From: Tubulanus polymorphus
Taxonomy: Eukaryota > Animalia > Nemertea
NCBI RefSeq assembly: GCF_964204645.1
Contig: NC_134031.1
Coordinates: forward strand, 2,542,001 to 2,606,000
DNA: 64,000 nucleotides
Direction of reading: 5' to 3'
Below, in pieces: positions 30,031 to 43,351 of this stretch. Each line of letters opens with the position of its first letter. The stretch's first letter is position 1. Position numbers and translations under genes: made by a program. A model generated the notes under the pieces. It was not told the DNA's origin. It made no database searches and worked only from the letters and a program-made list of their open reading frames with translations.

Positions 30031-30205
30031 CAGTCAAAGTTCGTTATAGCGACCTCCTTTTTAACGCCAACATTTTTACAGAGAAAAATTCTGCTCAATC
30101 TAACTCAAATTCAATGAAAACGCCATTCTTTATAACGCCGAATTCTTTATAACGCCATATTATCGTTTTCATCGGTCCCAACGGCGTTATAAAGGACTTG
30201 AACTG
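30031..30205. mobile_element. Tc1/mariner (pogo/Tigger-like) MITE, 175 bp
   Basis: TA on both sides (30029-30030, 30206-30207). Ends are CAGT..ACTG. TIRs CAGTCAAAGTTCGTTATAGCGAC vs CAGTTCAAGTCCTTTATAACGCC (17/23). Internal TTATAACGCC sub-repeats. Confidence 0.7.
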
Positions 30206-31130
30206 TATACAAACGAACATATTTTTCCGAAAAATATGTAGAACGTCCTTCGTAGTGTCAACGATAAAAGTACCAAGATCCAGGATGAAATATCGGATCG
30301 GTTTCACACAACGTAAAGAATCGATGTTTGCAATAATAACTTGTGCAAAAATGTCAAGTTATATCGTAAGTCCCGCGAGTGCGCTGAAAAACAAATAAAA
30401 CAGTAGCAATCAACTCTCATTCTCTCGATACAAGCTTGTGTTGAAGTGTTTCGTTAGCTTTACGATGGACTTATCCTCAAATTATGACGATGCGACCTTG
30501 GTTTTATATTCTCAAATAATCATTATATTACGTCAAAAGCGTGTTGTCTCGCGTTGAACAAGTGTTAAGCGATCGGAAATAAATATGGTTTACATGTCCG
30601 AGACGTTTTTGGTTGTGCTTAAAAGTTTCAGATGCTTCCAAACTCTTGAGACGTACTTGCTGACGATCGTGAAACTGATAACCATTGCGGGGCCGGAAAA
30701 CTGGAAGGCCGGGGTTCGGATGAAGCTGCCTTGCAAATGCCTCTATCGAGGTCCGTGTGGTTCCATTTTCAGTTAAAGATGTTTCTAAAGAAATACATTC
30801 TTAAGTTGGCAATTTCCGAGAGGATGATTGTCAAATTAACAGGTTTAAACGATTTTTGTCTTGATAAAAAGGGCCACCCGTACCCCAGAGACCATCCCCT
30901 AAATCCGCCCCGTGCATTCATGCAAAGTGTTAAATTAAGGAAACAGGACTACTGTTTATAAGGACGAGACAAGTTATAAACGACTATAGCTAAAGGAAAA
31001 CATTTAGGACTTTATTTTTCATTTTTATGGATTTTTGTATATTCACCGTCGACGCCACAATGATGTAGGTGATGATGTAAGGTATATTTTAATATAATTA
31101 AAAAAGTGTTATTTTATAATTTCAGACGAT

Positions 31131-33636
31131 ATGCCGCAATGTCCTCGCTGTTGGTATCAACTGCTGACTATAATAGCTATGATAAAAGCTGTCATTGCCA
31201 GGCTCATCTTCGCCATTCATTCTTTCATAGCGGTTTGGCGTTTGGCTGATGTTAAAAACAACCCCGTCTATTGGTGCTTGGCTTTGACTTTGTTTCTACT
31301 TGCGGCTGAATGCGCTTTCACTTTATGGAAGAAACAGGGCGCCGAGTGGAAATGGTAAGCTGTCTGATAAATTCAAGCATACGCCACTCAGTTCCAGTGA
31401 GTTGAGAGTCCGAGTTAAAATTGAATTAGTTCATTTTCAAATACATATTTTTATACCATCAAATGCGGAGTATATTGCTAATTCCTGATTTGACTTCGCT
31501 ATCATCTACATTAGACGTTCATAACGGATTCTAACGGCTAAGTTATATATGCGGCCCATTGAGACTGATTGACTGTTCTTCAGATGACACTAAATCCCCA
31601 CTAGAACTGTTTACTAAATGTGTAGGAGATACTTCTCATATTGCTCTCATTTAATCCGGCACCAATTGTAGCATATTCTCAGTCCATTGACAGCGACGAA
31701 TATCCATATTTTGTCCGTTACTACTAACTACGTATATCACGCCGATATTTTCCAACTGTCGGTAATTCGTGTCTTAAAGTCAAATGTTATTCTAGTCTTG
31801 TTTCCAATACACCTAGGCATCGATCGAACCTTTACCACCCCGTCTTATAGGGTTATTTAATTTCGTGAGAAATGTTCATCAATTACCGCCATATCCCCGC
31901 AACAAAAACATCCGCCGAGTACTTCCGGCGTTATATGTGACGTCATTGCAGAGCAAAGTGGTAAACGGTGTTCCGAATGCCAGCGTCACTAGTGAGTGAA
32001 ACATCATAACATCTTATAGAGGAGGTTGGCCGATGGTTTAAGTAGACTGGTTATGAATAATTGCTTATTAAGTGCTTTGACAATCCTTATTCTCCTACTC
32101 AGTTTTTCCTATTCTTTTCATTGCAGGTTTTCGCCAGTGGTATTTTTCTATTTATGCAGTGTGGTACCGGCTATTTGGTTTCTAGAGCTGGACCTACTGT
32201 TCAAACGGCTGGAAAAGATTAAATTAGCCAAAGAAGGCATCGTCTTCAACTTCACAGAAAACACCGCCGAAGCATTGTCCATGATCCGAGGATTTGGCGG
32301 AGTAAGTTGCTCGAAATATGCGGAATGACTCTATTGGCCCAACACAGGAAAGATTTGTGTATATGTCTAGACCAAACGATCGGACACTCGTGATACGGTC
32401 AAACCATTTGAACACATCACCGACGATGTTTACTGTCGGAGCAATGGTCACCCTTGATATGTTTTAGACCATGGACGCATAAACTTGCATTCTCAAGTTC
32501 ATACGTCCATGTTCTGAGCAATAGTGCGTCTTCACTATCGGACTCATTGCCTTCCACTCATGACAATGGGAACAGGGCAATCGTCGGGCAACTGGTCAAC
32601 TATCAGCAATTATAGCTCAATTTTTCTTGTTCTCTAATGCATTTTCTCTTTGTAGGTTTATATTCCAATTATGATGACCGCTGATGAGTGGGCGAAAATT
32701 CTTGAACAACTCTTACTTCTATTTCTCATTATCGGTCGCTGGCTTTTACCGAAAGGCGACATAACACGTGACCAATTATCCCAGCTCCTACTGGTCAACA
32801 TAGGAATGGCGGCGGATATAATCGAGTTGTTCGAAGCGTTCAGAGAGGATCAAGTAAAATATAATTACACATTGACGGTAGCGATCTTGTCGTTATGGAC
32901 GGGAAGTTTGTGCCAGTTTACGTTAGTCGTAACGGCGACGAAAGCTCGTAAACCACGCGTAGCCATCGCGCAGAAGAAGGACCTAACGGTGACCTGCTTC
33001 TGTTGCGAAACAGAAATCTGGGCGATCATGACCAGTATAATGTTACAGGACGGACCGTTCCTCGTGTTGCGAATGTTATTGATTTTCCGTTACGAGGTAG
33101 TTAGTTATATGAACGTGTTCTTCACGTGCAAGAACACGTTGGTGATGTTGTTACAGTTGTACCGCATCGCTGTCGTCATTCTCGAACGACAGGTGGCGCG
33201 GAAAAAAGACGACGAGACGGAAACGATTAGCATGAGCATGTCACGATCTCAAAGCGGAATTTCTCGTATATCACGTTTCTCCAACAACAGACCGGATAGA
33301 ATTACGAAATCGCGCTCGTTCGGCGGTTTAGTGCAGAATAAGTCGCAAAACAATATAGACCATTCGTCGTATCCATGTCTAAATAGCAAATCTGCCGGTG
33401 ATCTGACGGTCATGCATGACAACTACTACCCTAGACCCACGCTAAAACCCAAATACCCGAAACACAAACGCTTGCTTTCAAATTCCAGCCATTTGCGCAC
33501 AACCGGTGGGAGTAATTCCAGTGTGAATACGACGAAACAAACTAATGATACCGATATGAAAAATGATGACAGCGATAGGTTGCCATTAGCCCGACACGAG
33601 ACATTCGAGCAGTCACTTGAAGATAGTATTGTATGA
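31131..33636 (+). CDS. TMEM26: Transmembrane protein 26, 459 aa (477 aa with the candidate 7947 exon)
   Basis: Exons 31131(31126)-31354, 32127-32301 and 32656-33636 join in frame via GT-AG sites. Family motifs: ARLIFAIHS, EWKWFSP, VPAIWFLEL, LIIGRWLLPKGDITRDQLSQLLLVNIGMAADIIE, QDGPFL..R, FFTCKN. Ser-rich C-terminal tail. AATAAA at 33643 and 34023. Confidence 0.93.
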
Positions 33637-34270
33637 TTGAAGAATAAAAGCCTGGAAGAACATACACATAGAATATAGATGGACTGGAGCTCGAAGCTTT
33701 TAGCTGAAAGCAATTCATCTAACATGAGAAAGATTGAATGATAATCCATAGCAATGAACGTTATACGAAAAGGCATTAGAATTAGAACGTAATTAATTGC
33801 CTTCAATGAGTGACAACATAGCATGGCCAGAGACATTAGGAAACCTCAATGAAAACTCACTGGCTTACTTAATTCATCTAGTTCTACTTATAAAGACGCA
33901 AAGCATACACTTTTAATTGTACACCCAATAGTTTAGGTACAGAGCTGTGGCTCAGATTTTTGAGAGGCTTTCAAAGCAGTCTTTCATCGATAGTTACTTG
34001 CCAATGATTTAACTCGATTCGAAATAAAACGTAAACAGTTTTGTTCATCTATTTTCATTTCCTTTATTTCATTCTTACGATGTCCTACATCAGATAATCG
34101 TCTACTAACTTCAAACTACAATGATAACGGAGCAGCTGGGGTGGGGTTTCAACACGTATGACTTATCAATCACACTGCTGCACTTTCCCTTTATACCTCA
34201 TGTTATGGATTAAAATAATTCATCGCAAGAAATAACATTTTCATACGGTCACTTTTCTGACTCCGGTCCA

Positions 34271-37200
34271 TTATTTTTTGATATTGTCATTACTGGAGAC
34301 ACTGTCATGAGTTTCATTATTTTTTTCCTGTACATTTCCATCATTGGGTTGATTGTCGTGTTCTGACTCGAATCCTGGTAAGCCGGCATGTACTATCGAA
34401 TCTGTATCGCTTGCAGGGTCGTTCTTGTCGGCGTCTGCCGCCAATACGTCGTCAAGAATTTCGGAGCTATCATCGGTTGTAACAAAACCCGGTTGTATAA
34501 CCAGGCTTGCAGGTTTCTCATCAGAGGACTGTGGACTATCTGTGGACTGTGCCTTTACATCGTCATATATAATTTTCTTTATATCGTCATTTGTGACAAT
34601 CAGTTTTGGTTTAAACATAGAGCTGTGGCTTGATTGTTGACTTTCAGCATCTCCAATGGATGTACCTAAAACTTCGGGCAAACTATCAACGTCTATTTCA
34701 AACGTATCATTGGTTGAATCATTTAATGTCTGGTTATTGTTATCTTGTTTTGGATATTCCAGAATAGCATTTTCCGATAGAGCTTCGATGACTGAAGGAA
34801 CCGAATCAGCATTGATCGAACGAACATCTGTATTTTGCAAAGCAGTGTTCCGTGATTCTGAAGTATCTTCTGGATGGTGTTTCTTTATCCCAGCAGTAAC
34901 ATCAGACAATTCATTTTCATCGTCCATAACTATAGTAAATGTTTGAGGGCCGTTGTCATCGATTTCATCAATCGAATTTATGGTATTAGTTATGTTTTCT
35001 ACCTTGCCATCAAGAACGTCAGAATTGTCACCATCCCGTACACCATTAAGAATGTTTTCGAGATCTTTAATGGGAGAAACAGTTATGACCTTGTGATTTT
35101 GTCCATTGTCAATTTCATTGCCCCTATTTTCACTAGTGGGACTATGTGACGATGTGGCGGTTGTGACCTCGTCACTTAGTGTAGTTGTGGGAAACTGTGA
35201 CGTCGTAGGGTTTGTTGTAGATGACTGACGCGTAGTAGAAGGACTCTCTTTGGTATGCACTGTACTAGAAAGAGGCTTTGTGGATTTAGTGCTACTTGCA
35301 TCCATATTAGTGGTTAGGTTTTCCAACTTTCCAACAATAACTTCAGAATCACCATCTTGAAAGCCATTTAAGATGTTTTCGAGCTCTTCTATTGGAGAAG
35401 CAGTTGTGACATCGTCATTTTGTCCATCAGTGTTCACCGCGGGTTTACCTGCTTTTATTTCATTGTCTTTGTTTTCGAAACCAACCATCTGTACAGTAGT
35501 GAGGCTATTTGAAGATGTGGTGGTAGTAACCTCGTGATTTGATGTAGTTGTAGGAATCTGTGAAGTTGTAGGGTTTGTTGTAGATGACTGATGCGTAGTA
35601 GAAGGACTCTCATTGGTATGTGTTGTACTAGAAGGAGGCTTTGTGGATTTAGTAGTTGTTGGTTTAGTGCTACTTGCATCCGTAATAGTAGTTAGGTTTT
35701 CCAACTTTCCATCAATTACCTCAGCACTACCATCTTGAAAGCCATTTAAGATATTTTCGAGCTCTTCTATCGGAGAAGCAGTTGTGACATTGTTATTTTG
35801 TTCTTCAGTGTTCATTGCTGGTTTACCCGGTTTAATTTCATTGTCCTTGTTTTCAAAACCAGCTATCTGTACGGTAGTGAGGCTATTTGAAGATGTGGTT
35901 GTAGTAACCTCATGATTTGATGTAGTTGTAGAAATCTGTGAAGTTGTAGGGTTTGTTGTAGATGACCGATGCGTAGTAGAAGGGCTCTTATTGGCATGTG
36001 TTGTACTTGGAGGGAGCTTTACAGGTTCAGTAGTTGTTGATTTCGTGCTACTTGGGCCCGTAAGCTGTCCTTTCGTAGTGTGACGAATAAATTGTGTAGT
36101 TAGTAGTCTATTTCTGCGTGGAGATTCAGTTTGGTAGTTTTCTAGCAAATTTAAATCATTTTCAAACGAACTGCTTTTGCTCTCGTCTTCAGTAGTAGTT
36201 GGGTGTATATCTGAATTGTATTTTAATGAATCTGAATCATGTGAATCGGTAGACTTTTTAGGTGCAACAGTAATACCAGTTCCTAAACCGTTTTCATCAT
36301 CTATTACGATCGTGAATGTGTTCACACCAGTATTGTTGTTATCGATCGAATGAATGCGGTCGTTTCTTAAATCAGGTTTTGCAGCATTATCGTCAGGATT
36401 TCCATCTAAACCATTTAAGATATTTTCCAGTTCTTCTTCAGGTGATACGGTTGGGAGAAGTGCATTTTGTTCACCATTGTTCAATGTTGGTTCGGCCTTT
36501 TCTGTATCGTTGTGTACGTTAATGGAATCATCGATTTGATCATTGAAGAAATCGTGGGATGATTCAGTAGTACGATTGGCAGTAGGTGTAATGGTAGGAA
36601 CCTGGGTGGAATAGTTAGTCACAGGTTTACTAGTAGATGACTGATGTGTGGCAGAGGTCTTTTCATTTGTCGCAGTGGAAGTACGTAGTGAAGTAGTCAC
36701 CGGTTTAGTTGTAGACGACTGATGCGTGGCAGAGGTCTTCTCATCTGTCGCAGTGGAAGTACGAATTGAAGTAGTCACAGGTTTAGTTGTAGACGACTGA
36801 TGCGTGGCAGAGGGCTTCTCATCTGCCGCAGTGGAAGTACGAAGTGAAGTAGTCACAGGTTTAGTTGTAGACGACTGATGCGTGGCAGAGGTCTTCTCAT
36901 CTGTCGCAGTGGAAGTACGAATTGAAGTAGTCACAGGTTTAGTTGTAGACGACTGATGCGTGGCAGAGGTCTTCTCATCTGTCGCAGTGGAAATACGAAG
37001 TGAAGTAGTCACAGGTTTAGTTGTAGACGACTGATTATGAAGAGTGTGAGTATTGTTTAGTGGAACGTATTGGCGTGTCTTTTCTGTAGCAGTAAGATGT
37101 TCATCTGTATTGTGTATCGCTGTTGCTGAGGGATCAGAAATATCTGGGCCTATGTTGGGTCTTTCCTTTTGGTCATTTATATCAAATGTGAATGATGCAG

Positions 37201-40200
37201 GAATATCGGTAGAATTCCTTGTATTCATGACGTTCGCCAAATTTTTGTCGACGATTTCATGATTGTTTTCATCGGTTAAACCATTTAAGATGTTCTCTAG
37301 GTCTCTAGGAGAAACTGTCGAATGCGACTCATCTTGTTCAGCACGCGTGGTTCCTGTAATAACTTCGGGCCTCTCCTTTTCATCGTCTATCACAATGGTA
37401 AAGGTTTCAGGGGTATTGTAATCGATTAAAGAAATGTGTCCACTTTCAGGACTATCTTCGGTTTCCGAATTGTGTACGATATCATCATCCCCGTAATAAT
37501 TTAGTTTATTTACAAGTTCTTGTTTCGGAGAGCTGGATTGGAGATCATCAATGTAATCATCTGCTTTTGTTTCCGAAACATTTGATGATGTTTTGGAATT
37601 ACTTTTGTTGTCACTTGTTCCAGTAGGTTTAGTGGAAGTGAAAGTGGTTTGAGTTGGTTGATGCGTAGTTTGTCTAATGTCAATTGACTGAGGCGGTAGT
37701 ACTTCCATATTATCGACGGCATCTGGAAATTCAGTCCAGAGTATTCCTTGGCTAAGATTAATATCCTCAACAGTTTGCGAAACGGTAGCAGGAACATCTA
37801 GATTGTACGTTATTGAATAATATGAGTCATCTAATGAATTTACGGCCAAGTTAACCTTTGGAGACTCATCACCCTTGATGGTAAAAATCTCGCCACCAGA
37901 ACCAGAATGTGAATTTGTCGGTGTGTTGATATTGGGATAGCTTATTTCTTCTTCCAAATCATTGCGACTTTCAGTATGTGACACTAAAAAGAAAATACCA
38001 TATCTTATTCAATCATTCACCTATTTACAAAGAGTCTTTGATTCCATGGAAACTTTCAAGTGTTACCCCATTCACACGACGGACCATCGTAACCATCAGA
38101 GCACTGGCAGACAGGTCCTCCTTTCTCATCGACGTAGCACTCTCCGCCGTTTTCACAATGGACGGTCAAACAAACATCTGTATTTACATATGTAGAGTTA
38201 GCGACAGAACGAATACAACATCTAGGAATGTTACGAAAACGTTTATATATTTTCATGTAAAGAGGACTATTATTTGCACATATACCACATTCGGATAATG
38301 CTCGACAAGCATTCGCTTTGAAGATAAACCCGCGGTTACATTCACAACCAGGTGTTGACGGTAAATCACACTCCTTTTTGTTAACTGCACGCTCCGTGCA
38401 AGATGGCTGACATCCTGACATCCTTTTGTTAAACGTGCTATTTTCTGGACACTGCATTCCTGTAAGGACCACGTACATTAAAATAAACACTTAACAGTAT
38501 GTTGTATCTCACTAGGATCTATTACACGTACCACATCGCCGAGAAGTTCTCCACAGACCTATTTCGTAGCCGGCTGCTTCACATTTAGACTCTGCCCCTT
38601 CTAAAGCCCCGCATACCATTTGCATGTCCCCGTTCGTTACAGCTGCATCGAAAAGACAGTCGTCGTAATTTCCCTTGATTAATGAGGTAGAAATACAAGA
38701 AGCGAATGGACCAGTCGAGTTCGTTAATAAGCCGCAGAATTCATCTGATTTGTAACTGACATCATTTATCGAGCCCATTTGAATTAGATCGGCGGCATAA
38801 CTGAAAGGTGTGTAAAGTAGTTCATGTACCATAGTGAATATTGTCAAAGAGTATTGACGCTACCTCATTCCACACTTACTAAGTTATCTCGTGGGTATCA
38901 CGCCTTTTTCTAGTTTTAGATTCAACGTTTGTGCATCTGAAAATGTTCGCCATACATACATAAAATGCTAATTTTTAACGAATAAAGAATGAAGCAAATG
39001 TATATTCTGGATTGCTGTTGAATTCTTCGACTTACGATCCTCTTTCGTGACACTTCCCTTCATCAAGACATTGTAGGAAATTGTCATCATATGCGTTATT
39101 GTTACAATTCCCACATAAACCAGTTAGACTTCCATTGTAACTATTGGTCTGAGAATGATTATCTATAATGACTAAAATGCGATAGTTAGTCTGAATGGAA
39201 ACTGTGACTCCACAGCTGACGATTCTTGCATGCACCACTGAACCACTAGTAACTACTGAGATTCCTCCAGCCGTTAGAGGGGCAGTCCACCTTACGCCAT
39301 TTACCTGTAAATATTTGAATTGGAGATTTCAGCTATTAGATCAGCGTTGTGAGAATGCCAAGAAGGATCAAGTAGACTCTACAATAGTGGGAATTACCAG
39401 AATATGTCTTTTCTCATCAATGGCAACGACATAGCCGTCTAATTCGATTTGTACTTCAGAAATATATGATCCAGCGATTCCACTTTTTACGGGCGAGTGA
39501 ATACTTGTGATACGAAATGCACACGATCCGTACGTATTGCCAGCATATTCAGTCAGTATATATCGGCATAAGCTGCCTTGAAAGTCGAACCTCTTTCCAT
39601 CAAAACTTGTGAAATGGGGGTCACCATTTATAAGGCATTGGCCCGAACACGAATTGGCTGCAATTCACATCAAATGGAAATTGAAGATACAAAATATGAA
39701 AGGGAAAATATTGATAAGTTCATCAATTACGCATCTTACCCAAACTATCAGAAATAGGATCAATTCCAGTGACATTAGTTCTTGTAGTAACAGAATCCAT
39801 ATCATTTGAGTGGTTTGTCGAAATCGTAAGAGTTAAGGCAACACTGCTTGTGCTATTCGCGACATTCCGTCCAGACCCTTCCGGTCCTGCGTCGGTTGAG
39901 TTAGAATTATTTGAGATCGTATTCGAGCCATAATCATACGTGGTGTGGCTGTTTTCATCCTCCAAAATGAGAGTTGTTATCTGGTCCATATTTTTGTAAG
40001 TATCATCCAGGGCCAAATAGGTTTCCTGGTCTGAAACTTCATAATCAGTAGAGGAATGATTATCCTGATATTCCATTTCATACTCGCCGGAGTTTGGTAG
40101 TGGTTTTGTATCTTGCTTTGAAAACCCACTAAAATCGCCATAACCAGTTGAGCTTGATGTCGGTTTCTGTGGTTCTTCTAATTCAATATTCGTAGGCTTT

Positions 40201-42481
40201 CTATCAGAATCACCAGAGTTTGGTTCTTCTAATTCAATATTCGCAGGCTTTTTATCAGAATCACCAGAGTTTGGTTCTTCTAATTCAATATCCGTAGGCT
40301 TTCTATCAGAATCACCAGAGTTTGGTTCTTCTAATTCAATATTCGCAGGCTTTTTATCAGAATCACCAGAGTTTGGTTCTTCTAATTCAATATCCGTAGG
40401 CTTTCTATCAGAATCACCAGAGTTTGGTTCTTCTATTTTAATATTTGTTGGATTTCCATCAGAATCACCAGAGTTTGGTTCTTCTACTTCAATATTCGCA
40501 GGCTCTCTATCAGAATCACCAGAGTTTTGTTCTTCTAATTCAATATTCGTAGGCTCTCTATCAGAATTACCAGAGTTTGGTTCTTCTAATTCGATATTCG
40601 TAGGCGCTCTATCAGAATCACCAGAGTTTGGTTCTTCTATTTTAATATTTGTTGGATTTCCATCAGAATCACCAGAGTTTGGTTCTTCTACTTCAATATT
40701 CGCAGGCTCTCTATCAGAATCACCAGAGTTTTGTTCTTCTAATTCAATATTCGTAGGCTCTCTATCAGAATTACCAGAGTTTGGTTCTTCTAATTCGATA
40801 TTCGTAGGCGCTCTATCAGAATCACCAGAGTTTGGTCGTTCTAATTCGATATTCGTAGGCGCTCTATCAGAATCACCAGAGTTTGGTTCTTCTAATTCAA
40901 TATTCGTAGGCGCTCTATCAGAATCACCAGAGTTTGGTCGTTCTAATGCGATATTCGTAGGCTCTCTATCAGAATCACCAGAGTTTGGTCGTTCTAATTC
41001 GATATTCGTAGGCGCTCTATCAGAATCACCATAGTTTGGTCGTTCTAATTCAATATCCGTAGGCTTTCTATCAGAATCACCAGAGTTTGGTTCGCCTAAT
41101 TCAATATCCGTTGGATTTCTATCAGAATCATCATAGTTTGGCTGCGTTTTAGCATTGGCCTTGGTTTGCTTTGAATCATTAGTTGAAGTTTCTAAATCAC
41201 CACCCCCACCGATTATCTGGGCTGTACTAAAATCATAAACATCAGTAGCGATATGAACGTTTTTATCAGAAAAAAAACCTGGGGTAGTTGGATTATGGTT
41301 TTTGCTAGATTTCATGGTTGGAACTGCTTCTCCGATGCTTTCATCACTACGAAATAGACTGGCAGTTGTAACCGTTTTTGGGATTGAATTATCATTATCA
41401 TTGTATTTTCGGTGCAAAGTTCCCACGTTCAATTGTGTTGGTAATTCAGCAGAAATATCAGTTGGATTACCATTTCCCGGTTCATCATCATTAAAAGTGT
41501 CTTCGTAAACAGGCGATGATTCTGATTTCCCATTTACTAACGTCTGTAACATTCTGATAATCGAAGCGGAGTCACTGCGATCAACATCCTTTTCTTCCTT
41601 GTTCTTAGGATTATCCTCTTTTTTTGTTAAATACTCGCCAAATCCATCGTCAAGATATTCTGATAAAAGTTTTTCCAATAGCTGTAAAAGTCGACTATTA
41701 TTCACGCAGTTCTGATCATGTGCATTAGTATCCGGGTGATTGTTTCTTAAATGCTTAGAAATTGACAGCTTCGTCATGGCTGCTTTTGAGGCCAGGTCAT
41801 AACTACCTGACGTCCGCGGGAATGTTGGTTCTTCTTCGTATGTGACATCTGAACCAAGTCCACGTAGGACCATATTTGATCTGTCGTCGTCAATGCCGAG
41901 TCCACTTGAACCCGAGGCATGAGTGGTATCAATCGACATGTCGCTGTTCGCATTGAGACCGCTGAACATCTGGACATTACCACCCTCACTACTTTCCTTC
42001 GTGATTTGATGGATCGGGTTGGCTACAGAGGTGTAATATATCGAACTCTGTTTACCTACGCGCGGGTTGTAATCAATATGCGAAACACCGTCAGTCAAAG
42101 GGGGCGCAGCATCATCAGTGTCAGTTTGTAAATTGACATCATTCAAGTCACCAGAACCAATAGTTATCTTAGTGAAATCATCTTGTCCTTTTAACACTTT
42201 GTCTTTCGCATTAATTCCAATTTCAATTTCCCGATTGATATCACCAGAAGTAACGTCATCTGCAGGAATTTCATCATTTGTATCAAATTTCTGTATCCAA
42301 AATTTTGTATCGCCACTGCCACTCCCATCGTTATTCAAATTAAAGTCATCAATAGCTCCATGTTTCACTATTTTTTGCGGCGAAATCGATTCATTATCGG
42401 TTCCAGGATCAAACACTGTTCGTTTGAAATCGTCTATTTCAGTATCATCGCTGCCATCGCCGGAGAATTCTAACCAAACGT
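34271..42481 (-). CDS. Mucin/zonadhesin-like module: acidic Ser-Gly repeat region, VWD-C8-TIL-EGF, Thr/Ser-rich tail (C-terminal part of the large secreted locus)
   Basis: Exons (minus) 42481-39740, 39657-39398, 39304-39036, 38936-38880, 38800-38532, 38459-38286, 38177-38067 and 37983-34271 join with consistent phases. VWD: CLINGDPHFTSFDGKRFDFQG..GLCGNCNNN. C8: CGLL..GPFASC..YDDCLFD. TIL: CPENSTF..CQPSC..GCEC. EGF: CENGGEC..CQCSDGYDGPSCE. The first exon starts at a phase-1 acceptor and has no signal peptide. Confidence 0.82.
36615..37036 (-). repeat. Coding tandem repeat, 78 bp (26 aa HQSSTTKPVTTSLRTSTATDEKTSAT), ~5.4 copies
   Basis: Seen in DNA and in the 1237-aa ORF translation. PTS mucin-type composition. 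Confidence 0.9.
40171..41143 (-). repeat. Coding minisatellite, 51 bp (17 aa EPNSGDSDRxPTNIELE), 19 copies
   Basis: Period of 51 nt read directly (TCAGAATCACC at 40204, 40255 and onward). Nineteen units counted in the translation. Confidence 0.95.
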
Positions 42482-43351
42482 CTAGAAAATAAATCCACCG
42501 CAGAAGGTATTTGCATTAGGCACGATAATCATTATGTTTATTTAGTATAGGGGTTATAGATGTAAGCCCAGTGGTAACATAGCATTCATTATGTATTCTG
42601 TATAGATGGATAGGCTAAAGTATAGACAAGAAGATAAGAATTTAGGTTTGTTGAGTTAGAAGTTTTCAATTTGGCTGTTACCTTTATTCGGAATAGAGTG
42701 ACGCCCATTTCTCAAGGATTTTGAAGCAAAAATCGCTATAGTCATTCGTTGAAAAAGTAATCGGTATCAATTTTGAACGGTGATACCACAATGAAACGAA
42801 AGGCAGCTAATTTCCTCTATCATACAAATATTTTTCTCGGTTTGCCTGAAGTCTATATGTAAATCTGTAGTGAACAAGCGTTCGTTCTTCTGTGTCGAAA
42901 ATAATCAGAATTCAGAAAAAATGCGATATACAAGCAACAATAAAACCAACATAAGCGATGGTATACTCCAACAAAAACAACAAAAATAACTTAACATAAA
43001 TTTCTAAAACCATTTCTCTATCTATTTAGGATACTCTTCCACATATAAACGCATCAATGTTGATTATGATGGATTTTCCAGGAAAAGAAGATAAATGTGT
43101 GATGTACGGAGATCATACAGCAGGGAATTTGAAAATTTCATGTTTAAAGTTTCACAAATGGTTAATTGGCAATGCCAACTGAAGCTAGATTGAAATGTAG
43201 TTGGAATTAGTCAATCTCTGCAGTTCCTAGGTAATCCTTGCCCAAATATTCTTAATGCATATACATATATAACACTGGGATTGCAAAAGGTGATTAACAC
43301 TCCAAGTTATCAAAATGGAATGTTTACTACGTGTGTTTGCTATATCGCGTT

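Noticed and set aside
4200-31000. Numerous 60-118 aa ORFs in the ORF track
   Set aside because: No recognisable domains, many non-ATG starts, no consistent exon chain. Consistent with chance ORFs.
40171-41143. Regular direct repeats superficially like a CRISPR array
   Set aside because: Contiguous 51-bp units without unique spacers, inside a eukaryotic coding exon, with no cas genes.
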